Below, in pieces: positions 25,170 through 38,197 of a stretch of 64,000 nucleotides of DNA (positions within the stretch are counted from its first letter, which is position 1; each line of letters begins with the position of its first letter). The notes under the pieces are model-generated. The model worked only from the letters and a program-made list of their open reading frames with translations. It did no database searches and was not told the DNA's origin. Where the stretch lies: assembly GCA_026770705.1 (NCBI GenBank), contig JANJGN010000006.1, forward strand, positions 35,092,001 to 35,156,000. The letters are read 5' to 3'. The stretch is from Isurus oxyrinchus. Taxonomy: Eukaryota. The position numbers and the translations under genes were made by a program.

Positions 25170-25990
25170 TCTAGGAACAGAGGACTATCTAGACAATAAA
25201 AGACTAGGCCCATCTAGTTTGCCTTCTACCATTGGTGTAGTTGCAGGATACAACAATAACAGAGTTGCTGGCTAATCAATGCAATCAAACTCTATCAGCT
25301 AATCCAGAACAGACCCGGACATGAGGTGAGGAAATCACCTGTGATGAAAAGGTTCAGGAACCATAGGTCCAAAGTCTTCTGCTTCTTCCAAATGTGCCAA
25401 ACTTGCCACATATCATTTCTCAGATTACTCATAAGCTGCATCCCAAAATATTATTCTCTGAAAGAAATCTAGCTAATTTTTATTTAAATTAAGCAACATT
25501 CCCTGCTGCTATTATTTCTCTAGGGAGTTTGTTCTATAGATTTGTTGCTTATTCACTGAAATAACATTTCCACAAGTTTGTTTTGAATTTACTTTCTTCA
25601 GAGCCAAGTCCTCTAATTCTTCTTGGCAGAATGAACAAGGTCTACAGCCCCTTCAGAATCCGAGACAGAACAATTATATCACCTGTCAACCTTCTCTTTT
25701 CCAGTGAGAAAATGTTCAATTTACATAATCTTTCCTCAAAATCCAATTCTTTCATCTCCTTAATCATTCTGCTTTTCCTCATCTGCATTCTGACATTAAT
25801 ATCCTTTTTGTACTGTGACGAGTGGAACTGTACAATATATTCTAAGTGAGCTTGCACCAATGATTTATAAGGTAGCAGGATTAGCTCACTATTTTGACAT
25901 TAACCATTTAATACATCCTAGCACCTGAGTTACTTCCACCCAGTGTTGTTGCGATAGCTTCAAGTTATTACCAATCAGGACTCCCAGTCT
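25170..25990 (-). mobile_element. CR1-clade LINE 3' fragment
   Basis: ORF 25642-25860(-): VQAHLEYIVQFHSSQYKKDI...FEERLCKLNIFSLEKRRLTGDII. Confidence 0.85.
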
Positions 25991-27379
25991 CTCTCATTTT
26001 TTGTTCACGCTATATTCTTTGTGTAATATTCAATTGTTTCATTGTTCCATGTTTGATTATGTGCGCATGTCAATCATTCACTGTGTACTATAAATCAAGC
26101 CTGGCTGTGGTGACTGAGAAAGAGGAACCAAAAGAGAAAGCAAGAAGATATAAGCATGAGAGTGCAGACATTTTGAAAGCATTGAATAAAATTCCTATTC
26201 AGACATAGAACTGGTGTCATCTCTGCATTTCTCTGAGGTACAAAACACAGCATCTTCCATTTAAGTAATAAAGAGACAAAGAAATGAATTACATTTACAT
26301 AGCACCATTCACAATCTCAGGAAGTCTTAAAATGCTTTTCAAGTACTTTTGAGGTGTACTTATTATTGTAATACAAGAAATGTAACAATCAATTTGCACT
26401 TAGCAAGATTCTACAAACAGAAATGTGATAATGACTAAATAATGTGCTTTGGTCAGGTTAGTTTAGGGACAAACTTTGGCCAGGACACTGGGAATATCTC
26501 CCCTACACTTCTTCGAAATAACGCCACAGTATTTCTAAACTCACTGAGAAGGCAGGCAAAGTCTTAGTTTAATGTGTCATCTGAAAGATGGCACCTCTGA
26601 CAGTGTAGCACACCCTCAGTGCTCACTGGAGTGTCAGCCTAGATTTTGGGTGGAATTTTCCGTGCTTATTGGCGTCGGGTGGTGTTTGGTGGTGCGAGCA
26701 GACATTAAGGCAAGAAGGCCAGAATTTGGTATCATGCCATCATGAAACAAGTTTACAATCGTCTGCTCAGCCTGCTGATAGTGGGCTGCGTTTCCCTTCA
26801 TCGGACAGTGGGAGCTTCATTGTAATACATCTGCATATCATTATAAGGCCAGCCTGCTGAAATCATTCCCCCCATGCTGGATCGTCTGCTCACATCAGCG
26901 GGAAAACATGCCAGTGCAGAACATGTCTTAACAAGTGTGATGTGCAGAAGTCGGGATTTACTGCCAGGGCCTTGGTCACATCGCGGACACCTGAGGAGCA
27001 GAAGGTGCTGGAGCCCGACAACAACAGGATCCTGAAGGAATGTCCATGGCATGCTGGGCGGATATTCATGGACATGGCTCAGATGCGAAGCAGCTCATGG
27101 AAGTTGGAAAGTTACCATTGAGGGCCTGTTCACAACAGATGATGGTCAAGGGGGTGGAGTGGAAGGTCCAGCTGTGTTTCGGAAAGGAAGTTGTACCGAG
27201 GGGGTGGGAGAGGAAGGACTAGGATCGACTGGGAGAGGTAAAGGTGTTGGGGGAAGTGAAGTTGGGAGGTGGGAAGGATTATTTCAGGAGAGAGGTTGGG
27301 AGCAGGGGGTGGAGTATGTGGGGAGGAGGGGATAACGGGGAGAAGATAGCAATTGGGGAGGTAGGTGTAAGGGGGTGGA

Positions 27380-27720
27380 AGGTGTAAGGGAAGGAGTTCA
27401 GAGAGACAAAGGAGTGTGGAGAGGAGAGGGAGTCCAGAAAGAGGAAGGAGTGCGGAGAGGGGAAGGAGTAAGGGTGGAGGAAGGAGCCAGGAAGGGGGAA
27501 GGAATAAGGCTGGAGAAAGAAGTAAGGCTGGAGGAAGAAGTAAGGCTGGAAGAATGAGTCAGGAGAGGGTAAGGACTAAAGGTGACAGAAGAAGTCAGGG
27601 TGCCTGAAGGAGTCAGGAATTGGGAAGGACTAAGGCTGGGATAGTCCAAGGGGGAGAAGGATTCCAGGTGGGAAGGAGTTCCAAGGAGCGAAGGGGTTCC
27701 AAGGGGGAAGGGGTTCTGGG
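27380..27720. repeat. Degenerate ~18-bp purine-rich minisatellite inside H2
   Basis: Units like GGAAGGAGTAAGGCTGGA; translates as a hexapeptide repeat (EGVRRG/EEVRLE). Confidence 0.7.
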
Positions 27721-28429
27721 GAGAAGGGGTCTAGAGTGGGGGATGACCAGGTGAACATGCAAGGTCCATGACTGCCTCCTGTGGAGTGAACTGAGGGTGA
27801 GTGTGGAGCAAGGGAATAGTGAGAATGACCGAGGGCAGAGTGAGACGGTAAGGTGGGAGGGTAAGGGCTCGACGGTAGCAATAGAAGGGATGGTGAGGGT
27901 GGTTGGTGGGGACTCGGAGGCAGACACAGACCCTGGGGGTGGAAGGAGGAGGTCAAGGAAATTAAAGTGGATGGCGGTGGGATTTTTGGGCAGGGAGGGA
28001 ACGTGTACATTCAGCTGGACATCCCTGAAAGAAACGGGTTGTGGCTGGGTAGGTCACGGAGTTAGGGTGGGGGGGTGGGTGGTGGGCGGTGGAGGTTGAT
28101 GCCGGGGGGTCAACAGTGATGGGGGGAAGGAAATGGGTGACTGGGGGAAGGGAAAGGATGGGGGAGTAAATTAAATAGTATTACCACCATGTTGTATAAA
28201 TTAAAAGTGAAGTGAGAGTTGTGGTGGGCAGGATCAGGTGCTGCATGGCAGTGTGATCAGTGGGTAGGTGGAGATGCAGGTCAGCTCAGATAAACAGCTG
28301 AAAGTAAACCCCAGCAGGCAGCATTGAAAACGTTCAGGACATTGAGGTGAGTGTGATACAGGAACGATCCGTGTGTGTGGGAAAGTGCTTGCACGAGGCT
28401 CCGAAAGGCCCTGCCACACATACCCTTCT

Positions 28430-30118
28430 CCCTCCAGAATCACTCGTTGGCCAGCTGTTCCCTCTGTGGTGACAGAGGACGATGGTGAGCAGCTCACGGG
28501 CAAAGGGGACTCAGAGGGAGAGGGCAGCCTCTGAGATAACTGAGCGGATGACCCAGGGGTGTCCAGCTGTTGCACCTCCTCCCACCGGGTGCCCGGGCTG
28601 ACAGGACTGACTCCTTGAGGGAAAGGAGCACTTGGAGGGGTGTCAAGGTGCCCCATTTCTCCCTTGTTGCCGCTGCAGGAGGTCACCCATGGCTACCATG
28701 ATGGAGTGCAGGGCTGAGCCCAGCTCCACATTCTGCTGGACCAGGGTCTCCACCGTGTCTGCCAAGCTTTTCATGGAGACCTCAATATGTGTGCATATGG
28801 GCACCACTTCATCAGAGAGCAGGCAGACGCAATCCTCTGACTCATGAATCACTCTGTTGTGGGCTTCCAACAGCTCTGTGTGAATTTACCCTGCCTTCTG
28901 CTGACTCTCCATGATGAGTTGGAAGGCCAAATCCAGGAGTTCGTTATCTGACTCGGACGTCACAGATGCCTGATCCCCAGCAATCCTCCGAGTTCCAGGG
29001 AGCTTGGCTGTACTTGCCTCCCCCTGCTGCTGTGGACATGTGTCCGTGTGGTGACCACCAGATTGTGATCCTGAGCCTGCTCTAGATCTAGGTCCCACCG
29101 AGGTGTGTGTCTCTGTGCTGGTGGAGGGTGTGGGTAAGCGCTGTGATGGGTCTTCCAGACTGCTTATTTCTAGCTCTTGAATGGAGGAGGTGTCCTCTTG
29201 GCTGAAGGTGAGGGCATTGGTCACCTGACAGAGCTGCTGTGAACCAAAGTAGAGATAATTAGTGCAGAGCAGCAGAGTCAAAAGCAGGAGAGAGAGACCA
29301 CTCACATTTGCATTGAGAGAGGGATGATGTGGTGCAGGATTCAAGCGTGGGTGTTCGCCTCACCGTCACCGCAGACAGGTCCATGTCCTCGCTCTTCAGC
29401 ATGATGGCACGCACCTCAAAGTGAGTGAGGGGCTTAATGTGGGCCATCCCATCCCCAGTCTAGGACCTCTCTCTGCTGATGTGAGCCAGCTTCTCCTGCA
29501 TGAAAACAGATGAAGAGAGTGTGAGCAGGATGCATGGCACTGAGTGGAATGTTTGTGTGGTAAGTGGAGCCGTAGACAGGGTGAGGACATTAGCTTGAGA
29601 GGGTATGAGCCTGATGGAGATGTGAGAGTGTGTGTGAGAGTTAGTGATGTTGTCCCTTGAGGTGTGAGATCCCTGTGGATGTGTGATGGGTTTGTGAGTG
29701 TGTGAGCTGAGTGTGATGAGAAGAGTGATTTACCCTGGTGCAATGGATGAGACCATTCACCCTGTAGTGGCACTGGGTGGCTGACCTCTTTCCAAAGATT
29801 CTTTCCATAACCTTCTCCTAGGAATTTCCACACAACTGAAGCCTGACAGTTCTGTTTTGGAAACAACAGCCAGTCTCAAGTATTTGTCTCAGATTCAGTA
29901 AATCCTCAACAATGGTTCCATGCCAGTGCCTCCCATGCTGGTTTGGTGATGCTGCTGCCCATCCTGTGGCCAGAGTGGGGGTGTGGGGGTGTGGGGGGGG
30001 TGGGGGGGGAGGGGCGGTGGTCAAGGACATCATGGCAGGCCTCCACAGTGTCCAAAACGTGTTTGTGGGACCCATCACTAAACTGGGGGACTGCAGTCTT
30101 TTTGCCTTCCGGGGCCAT
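28430..30118 (-). pseudogene. Harbinger Myb/SANT-partner gene remnant (three exons) in H2
   Basis: MAPEGKKTAVPQFSD...VLDTVEACHDVL...KPAWEALA; donor CAGG|GTAAAT; exon 2 EKLAH...; exon 3 homologous to H3. Confidence 0.75.
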
Positions 30119-30699
30119 CCTGTCTTCTGTGTGGCAGTCCTGGGCTAGAAGCACTGGGAGATGTGCATGAGGCTGCACTTTAAATATGGCGCCTGGCGTG
30201 ATGTAGCGGCATGATGTAGCAGTGAAATGATGGCGTGGTGGGCGAATGGAAACGGCGTGTTTCCTGGCGATGCTTACTTTGGGACCATATGGCGTGAGAA
30301 GCCACCATTGTGGCCAGTGTGTAAAACATTGTTTTTCCCGCCTGTTACTGCACTTAAGTGCAAATCTGGGATGATTCTGTCCTTTATGTTCAAGCCCTGA
30401 TCTGGACATTGGATAACTTTCTGGCTCAATAGTTCAAATGCTACCATGGAGCCACAGCTGACACTAAGGGTGGGATTTTCTAGACCTGCCTGCTGCCGGG
30501 ATCACCTGATCATGGTTCCGAATACACCTGGCAGACATTGTTTGTTATGGCTCTTCCACTGAGTTTGTAAGAATGCTCCCTTTGCACCCGAGAAACTTAT
30601 TTGCATTTGAGAACTTTCAGACATGAGTTCATCCTTTGTGGAGAAAATGCAAAAGTCACCTGACCCTTGTGGGCCATCTTAACCACCTTGTTAGTGTCC

Positions 30700-30985
30700 A
30701 TTTTTTGAATAAAGGGCAGTTCCAGAAAATTATACATTTATAAATGTATGAATAGGACATGTCTTCATTGGGTATGACATGAAGTATCTTGCATTTCTCT
30801 ATATTGAATTTCAATTGACTGGCCTGGTCTGAGCAACTCCCAATTATATTCAAAGACTCCTATAGCTTATCCTGTTCGGTTTTGCAGTCTACCACCCTCA
30901 TTAGGCTTACAAATTCAGCCACTGTGCTTGTGACCTTGAGCTCCAGATCATTTATGAAGATGTTAAATGAAAGAGGTCCCTGATG
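30700..30985 (-). mobile_element. CR1 RT fragment
   Basis: QLKFNIEKCKILH motif; FNIFINDLE upstream. Confidence 0.65.
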
Positions 30986-30999
30986 GTTTATGAGGCCTG

Positions 31000-31570
31000 T
31001 GTACTCAGCATCTTGTTGTATGGCTTACAGCTAACAAGAAAGGAAGCTCAATAGTTTTCATCATCGATGTCTGTGGCATATACCTGGCAAATCTCCCAAG
31101 TCTGCTAGTACTCATCAAGCAGAGGTGACTTTGTTGGCTCAGGGATGTCTGCTTGGTGGAAGACGGATGCATGCTCAAGGATATTCTGTATGGGAAGGAA
31201 CCAAAGGACCAGGCGGATGCCCAAAGCTGGACTTCGAGGATGCTTGCAAGTACGATGCAAAGGCCCTAAACATCAATGTTCACATGTGGAAGAAACTGGC
31301 CAACAACAGAGGGAAATGCCAATATAACCTGTGAACCTGCCTGTGCCACCATGACTATCAGTGGTTACAGCAGATTGATATCAGGCGACAACTCTAAATA
31401 CAACAATCCACAAAACAAATGATAACCTTCTCCTTTGTAGCACTTGTAGCAGAATCTGCAGCTCATGGATTGGCCTTTTCAGCCATCAGCAAAATAGTAC
31501 CATGTGAAGCTATTCTAATGTCAATGGATTCGCTGCAAGTCTATCATCTCAAATAGGTGAAAGGATGCTG
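31000..31570 (+). mobile_element. RTE-clade LINE 3' fragment
   Basis: GGCPKLDFEDACKYDAKALNINVHMWKKLANNR matches GRPKLRFKDVCKRDMK; a downstream C-xx-C...GLFSH remnant is present. Confidence 0.75.
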
Positions 31571-31585
31571 TGATCTCTGCTTTTT

Positions 31586-31690
31586 TAGTTCTGACAAAAG
31601 GTCATTGACATGTAATATTAGCTCTGCGCCTCTCCACAGTTACTGCTCGACCTACTGAGTAATTCCAGCTTTTCTGTCTTTACATCAAAA
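31586..31690 (+). mobile_element. Old copy of the hammerhead-motif family
   Basis: AGTTCTGACAAAAGGTCATTGACATGTAATATTAGCT followed by the CTCTCCACAG...GACCTACTGAG tail. Confidence 0.55.
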
Positions 31691-31813
31691 CCAGCGCAAA
31701 GCTGGCAATTTCTCTGTCATTTCTTCAGACATAAGAGTGCCCTTCTGCAATGACCTAGCACAATCAACCGGGTTTGGATTTAAATATCTAAACCAATATA
31801 CTTAAAAGCCCAA

Positions 31814-31950
31814 AACAAAAACAGAATTACCTAGAAAAACTCAGCAGGTCTGGCAGCATCGACGGAGAAGATGCTGCCAGACCTGCTGAGTTTTTCCAGG
31901 TAATTCTGTTCTTGTTTTGGATTTCCAGCATCCGCAGTTTTTTTTGTTTT
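31814..31950. mobile_element. Young fold-back insertion of the same family (ribozyme part absent) with TSD
   Basis: Direct repeat TACTTAAAAGCCCAA at 31799-31813 and 31951-31965. About 50-bp inverted arms (2 mismatches) around GACGGAGAA. Confidence 0.9.
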
Positions 31951-31977
31951 TACTTAAAAGCCCAAGCCTGACTTTCA

Positions 31978-32296
31978 ACAAAAGCAGAAAATGTTGGAAA
32001 TATTCATGAGGTTGGGCAGCATCTTTGGAGTGAGAAACAAACTTGAAGTTTCAGGTTGATGACCTTTCGTCAGAGCTCCCCTTTTGTTCTTTCCTCCCCT
32101 CCCTCCTTTTCACTGCCTCTCTGTGTGCTTAAAACATAATCCATTTCTAACAGCTTTCAGTTCTGACAAAGGTTATCGACCTGAAATGTTAACTTGGTTT
32201 GATTTCTCTGCCCACAGATGCTGCCTGACTTGCTGAGCATTTCCAGCATTTTCTGTTTTTATTTCAGATTTACAGCATCTGTGGTACTTTACTTTT
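31978..32296. mobile_element. Older fold-back relative with a hammerhead motif in each arm
   Basis: Minus strand of 32041-32077: AGCT-CTGACGA-A-AGGT-CATCA-ACCT-GAAA-CTTC-AAGT. Plus strand 32159-32194: AGTT-CTGACAAAGGTTATCGACCT-GAAA-TGTT-AACT. Tails point outward. Confidence 0.75.
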
Positions 32297-33364
32297 GAGT
32301 GTTAGCACTATTTTCTTTAATGTGGATAGAAATATTTATTGTGGAGCATTTGAAGGAATTATAAAAAAATCATCTCATTCATATGATGTTTTCAGCCAAT
32401 TAACGGACTCATTTAAATTTGAACCATCATATTATTTTATTATTAAAATCAATATAATAAACAGCTACTATAAAAAATGACTTTAGTTCATTTAATAGTC
32501 TTGTTATGAAAAGTGAAATGTTATAACTCACTGGGCATAGTGCTTTAATATCAAGTCCCAATATTTCCCGAACCATGACAAATGTGAAAAGTTTGACCAA
32601 ACCACCAGATTGCCCCAATTCAACCCAACTGTTTAATTTAGGTTAACAGAATATAAGCACCAGGTTTGTAAACTTAACAAGTAAATAACTATTTGTTGAA
32701 CGAATTGTCTTTAACTAGTGGCAAAAGAATGAAATATAAACTGCTAACTTCTAACACTATAATTTAAACTCCACCCCTTCTTAAATCCCTAGACACACAC
32801 ATACAGGACACACAAAAACATGGATTTTAAGGGTGGGGTAAAACAGTTCAATAGCCCCAATTCCAGGGCATAGGATTCGATGGGTTGATTTTGATCAATG
32901 TCTTCCAAATTCCTTTCAGTTCTTGTTAATGACACGAGGTGGCCTTCCAGTACTTTCAGTATTTCGTTCATTGGTAAAGCACTTGCCTTTCATTGTTTCT
33001 AACAGCGATTTTCCCCTTTGCCTCTTGACAGGGGCTTTCAGAGCAAGAGCAGGTTTTAAAGATATGAGGGGATAAAACAGCTAGCTATTATTGTGGAATT
33101 ACTGGAATCTTCCACACACAGAAGAAAGGGGTTTTAGGTTTTGTTCCTTTCAGGCTAGGAGCTATTCTACTGGACTCACACAAAATCTGGTCACCTGGTC
33201 AGGAGTCAATTAAAATGTTGTTGTCAGGCAGCTCCCTTGGTCCAGAACTCCTTTCCAGCAGGATCCTGTCTTTCATGGCACACTCTGTTCCAGGACTGCA
33301 ACATTGTATATATCTCTCACCCTGTTTCAGTGGACATGTCTTTCAACTACAGCCTTTGTAATTT

Positions 33365-33436
33365 TACCACAGTCCAACAGAAAATAAAAAGATATGTTCT
33401 TTACGACAGTCCAACAGAATAAGGAGATATGTTCCT
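33365..33436. repeat. ~37-bp tandem duplication
   Basis: ACAGTCCAACAGAA...AGATATGTTC occurs twice. Confidence 0.7.
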
Positions 33437-35699
33437 TGCAGAAAGTTGAGCTGCATTGAATTTAAATCAATTGCTTTTTACTTGTGTCCTGCTTCGCTCT
33501 AGTCTGTCAATCATCATGCTGTTGAACTTCACATTGGGGCTGTAGAAGTAAGACTTGCTTTTATTAAAGGGATGTTATCACTGTACTGTGGCATTTAGGA
33601 ATGGTGCAAATTTCTGACAAATCTTGCTTCGAGAACTCCATTCAATGTGCAAAACTTTGTCTGTCTAGATACAGACACTATAGTGTGAGCCGTTGTGATG
33701 TTTTTATCTTGTTTTTGAAGGTTGACAGGTACACATGAGTTCAAAGAACTGGAAATTTTTTGGAGCTGCTTCACGTACCACTAGCGTATTATGACCGGAG
33801 CTGTGCATTTATGTGCGTCAGCCGAGCTTCTGCTGCACCTACAGTCAAGTTCCGGTGGAGGAGCATGAGCAGGGGCAGCTCTGAGGAAATTCTAGGCCAG
33901 TGCCTTCTCTGCTTGCTGCAACATACGTACATGAATTGTATTTGGCAGTCTCAGTTCAGTTTCTATAGGTTACGGGTACACAGATCAAAACAAATGCTCT
34001 TAATTCACATTTAACTAGCAATAGCACTGAAAGGCCAGTAGATAGCTTGTTTGGGAAATGTTAAAATACCACTTTGGTTATGGATAAAGTATTTTGTTGA
34101 AACAGAGGAAAAGGAAATTTGCTCCACATCTAACCATGTTATATTTGACTACGTAGTGCTTGATGCTGACATTATAAGGGTTTTTTTTTAAACTTTGCTC
34201 TCATGGGGAGAAATCTAACCTACTGGGGATGCATATCAGAAATTTGATACAAAATGCAGCCAGAATATCATGCATCATGTGTGCCTGAGTTTTTGTTGAG
34301 TTCCCAGGAGGCGGAAGATGATCCCTTATATGCCTGTCACCATTGGGAATTATTGGCAATTTAAAGCAGGAGGGATTTTTATCTTCAACTCCAACATGTT
34401 TCTGAAGCGAACTCAGATTTGGTGTTTACAGATTAATTTTCAAGGATGCAGTTTTCTCCCAGCTGTTTTTAACATCGGGAAATTGCTGGGGCTGTTGGGA
34501 CAAAAAGAGGATGGTCTATTTATGAGATAACCATTGAAATTTATATCCATAAGGGCTTTGCAGGACAATAGGTAATTTATTATCTAATTTCAGGCTTCTT
34601 GCACGCACAGCATGGGCTATCTGATAAGAATCCTTTCTTGGAAGGGTTAGCTGAGTTAATTGGTAGCCCTTTGGATCAACCCTGAACAAAGGAAAGGTTG
34701 AAGGTCAATCCCCTCCACCCCACTCCCTGTGGACACAGGGAAAAAGAAAAGAAAAGAGCTATGTGTTCGAGGTCAGTTGGTGACGGTCTACTGAGAGACA
34801 ATGAAGTATGACCTCAACAGTTTACCAAAAGAGTTGACCAGGACCAGTATAACCCGTGGTCTTATTCAATGCTTTGACTGATCAAAAGCAATACATTTAG
34901 CTGCTAACTGAGACAAAGTGGCATGGCTTATTCACTGTTCTTATTTGCAAAGAAAGACCAAGGTTAAGTTAAAGTAAATGAGATTTGCTGTAACCACTAC
35001 TTTGTATGTTCACTTGTTGACTGTAAAATAAACCAGTTTAATGATTAGCTTCCAACTGCATCTTACTCAATTGCTGATCAGTCTCTGCCTATTAGAAGAT
35101 TGGAGAGTACAGATGCGATTCACACAGTATTGACAAGATGGTGCCATTATTGCTCTCTTGTGTCAAACTATTACATAACTGGACATCGGGAAATACGGAT
35201 GAACTCTTGAACATCAAAGATATGGGATCCACTGCAGTGGAACCCAAAGGACTGCCTGATGCGGACTTGATATTTGTGGCACTGTCCAAACTGGAAAGTC
35301 TTCTGGGGGCTGGAGTTCTGGCCTGGTGGCTGTTTTGTCGAATTTTCATGCATCTCCTATGGGAAGTCAGTGAAAATACTGCAAACTCTGCCTGGACCTG
35401 GAATATGTTGGACAAGGACATGAGTTCTCTTGGGACTTACCAAAAAGCTCATATAAGGAAGCAGTCTATTAACCCCATGTCATGTGCTAGTAGCTCTGTC
35501 CCTGGATGGAGAGGGAAGGCAGGGTAGAATTAGAGCTTGAATATCCAAAGATGAGCGAGGGGAATTTAAGACAATTAAGCCCCAATATAATGAGTGTCCT
35601 GGAAAGTAGCTCACTCATGCTGCACCATGTAGCCTCTGTCAGTGGGGTACACCTCAGATGTGCGCTTCAGGTGCCAATGACCTGCTTTTGTGAACCTCC

Positions 35700-37005
35700 A
35701 AAATCACTGCCCATCTTTCCATGTCCTTCTTAACTCCATGTTTGAATTCTTCCAATCAGGTTTCTGGCCCTGCCACTCATACCAAAATGGCTCTTATCAA
35801 TGTCACAAATGACATTCTCCATGACTGTGACCATGGTAACCTATTCCTCCTTGTCCTTCTTGACCTGTCTGCTACCTTTGGCACAGTTGACCGTACCATT
35901 ATGCACCAATGCCTCTCCATCTTTGTTTATGTGGGTGGAACTGCACTTGCCTGGTTCCATTCTTATCTATTAAATTATAGCCAGAGTATTGCCTGCAATG
36001 GTTTCATTTCCTGCTCCCACATTGTTACCTCTGGTGCCCCTCAAAGATCTATCCTTGGCCCACTCCTATTTCTCACCTACATGCAGCCTCTTGGTGATAT
36101 CACCCAAAAGTGCAATATCAGTTTCCATACATATGCTGTTGACTCCCAGTTCTAACTCCCCATCCTCCCTCTTGACCCCCTCCACTGTCTCAAGATTGTC
36201 AGACTGCTTGTTTGACATCGGTAGTGGAGCAGAAATTTCCTCCAACAAAATATTTGGAAAACCAAAGCCATTGTTTTTGGTCTCTGTCACAATCTCTGTC
36301 CCCCCAGCCATTGATTCCAACTCTCTCTTTTGCAACTGTCTGAGGCTGAACCAGACTGTCCACAACCTTGGTATCCTGAGATGGGCTTCCAACCACATAT
36401 CCACAACATGATTAAGACCGTCTATTACCACCATGTAACATGCCTGAACTCTGTCTCTTCCTCAGCTCACCTGTTGCTGAAACCCTCATCCATGTGGTTG
36501 TTACCTCTAAACTTGACTATTTCAATGTACTCATGCCTGCCTTTTGTAAACTTGAGGTCATCCAAAACCCTGTTGCCTATGCCCTAACTCGCACCAAGTC
36601 TTCTTCACCCATCATCCCAGTGCTCACTGACCTACACTGGCCTCTGATCCAGCAACAGCACAATTTTAAAATTCTCATCCTTGTTTTCAAATTTTTCCAT
36701 TGGCCACGCCCCTCCCTGTAACCATCTGAGATATCTGTGCCCCTCCAATTCTAGCCTCTTGCTCATGCCCAATTTTAATCATTCCACCATTGGTGGTCGT
36801 GCCTTCAGTATAACCGCCAAAGTCTTAAGCTCTGGAATTTCTTCCCTGAACCTTTCTGCCTCTCTTATCTCCTTTAAGATGCTCCTTAAAACCTACCTCA
36901 TTGCCCTAGCATCTGCTTACATGACTTGGATAATGCTCCTGTGAAATGGTTAAGGATGTTTTACTATTTTATGGTGTTAAAGGCACTATATAAATTTAAG
37001 TTTTT
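35700..37005 (+). mobile_element. L2-clade LINE, RT domain to 3' tail (decayed)
   Basis: TKMALINVTNDIL...LLVLLDLSATFGTVD...GTALAWFHSYL...GAPQRSILGPLLF...FHTYAVDSQF; TSKLDYFN; PVLTDLHWP; tail AAAGGCACTATATAAAT. Confidence 0.9.
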
Positions 37006-37509
37006 GCTATCTTGCCTTCTGAGCTACTGAACTTCATCAATGATGGGTGTAGGCGAATGCATCCATATAATTTTTTCTGGGTGTGCTGACCCACACATTT
37101 TCAGGACTTCTCAATCTCCAGCACTTCTATGATAAGCACATCATTTTCAAGATTTCAAAAGCACAGTTTGGCTATTTATGTAATAATATATAATTGTAGC
37201 TCATGCCACTGTACACTATTGTACTCAGTTTCTGCAGGGCATCGTTTGTTCTTCTGCTGCCATTAATGTCATGCCTCTGATGGTTTATTGCTCTCCTGTT
37301 TAAGTTGCAGCAGGAGGGGAGGAGAAGCCCTGTGAAATGTGGGATCTCTGTCTCTCAAGATACTTGCTCCAGTCCTAAGATCAACTACTCTACAGCGCTC
37401 TTGAGGATGTGATAGTGGTCAAAGAAAATGAAAGTGATCTTTTAATCTTTTTTGGGTACTTTTTCTGAAATTCTGAAAGCAGCATTTTAGTTTCTTGCAT
37501 GTTAAAAAA

Positions 37510-37617
37510 AAATGTCAATTCTGTTTCTTTCTCCGCAGATGCTATCAGGCCTGCTGAGTATTTCCAGCACTTTTTGTCCTTATTTCAGATTTCCAGCAAC
37601 TGCAATATTTTACTCCT
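37510..37617 (+). mobile_element. Old 3' tail copy of the hammerhead-motif family
   Basis: TTTCTCCGCAGATGCTATCAGGCCTGCTGAGTATTTCCAGCA...CAGATTTCCAGCA. Confidence 0.65.
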
Positions 37618-38197
37618 GTATCAGAAATTCTTGCTTATGAGTTGCATTTAAGTGGATGGATTTAATTGAAGTAATCTCTGCTATTATTTGCAATCGGTGT
37701 TGGTTGTTGTCCCAGCTTTAGTTTTGTTGCATTGAAGATCTGTCTACAGTAAATTGCTCATTATTGTCAGTGAGCCATTCTGTGCTGTGGATTACTTGTT
37801 TAATATCACAGGGGGCTTTCATGCAAGTAATTCATTGAAAACAAAGCCCTGTGTTTCTCCACAATCATAATATTTCTTCCCAATCCCTTTTAAATGATGC
37901 ACATGCTGTTCTGCAAAGCTTTTATCTTTCGTCAAAGCCTGGCTGTGGCAGCATTCAAGATCGGTTCCCAGGAATCGGTAAACACGGGTAGCAACATAGC
38001 ATGAATACTGTTACCATGGTACTGTGCTGCCTGGCTAACCTTGGCTTGTTTGTCAAAACAATCTTATTTTTGGGAATGTTCTATGTCTTCCAGGTGATGG
38101 ATATTCATATCAGGGAATGGAAAATATTCTATTTTCAGCCCCAAAGCCTTAATTTTCCAATTCCAGAGCAGTTCCGTCTAGAAAGGCGAATAATCCC

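Larger units (their letters stand above)
26648..30382. mobile_element. Non-autonomous Harbinger H2 (Myb-partner gene kept, transposase not recognisable)
   Basis: Ends GGGTGGAATTTTCC and GATGATTCTGTCC, with T-rich 3-bp flanks. The right subterminal region is homologous to the H3 right end (40900-41136). Confidence 0.8.
26275..30465 (-). mobile_element. SacSINE1/DeuSINE-like SINE split by Harbinger H2 (26275-26647 and 30383-30465)
   Basis: SINE text GGAGTGTCAGCCTAGATTTT stops at 26647 and resumes as TTTATGTTCAAGCCCTG...GAGCCACAGCTGAC after 30382. Confidence 0.7.

Noticed and set aside
34500-35700. LTR plus internal retroviral sequence (129-aa ORF at 35138)
   Set aside because: An AATAAA is present, but I found no clear TG...CA termini, primer-binding site or recognisable gag/pol motif; left unannotated.
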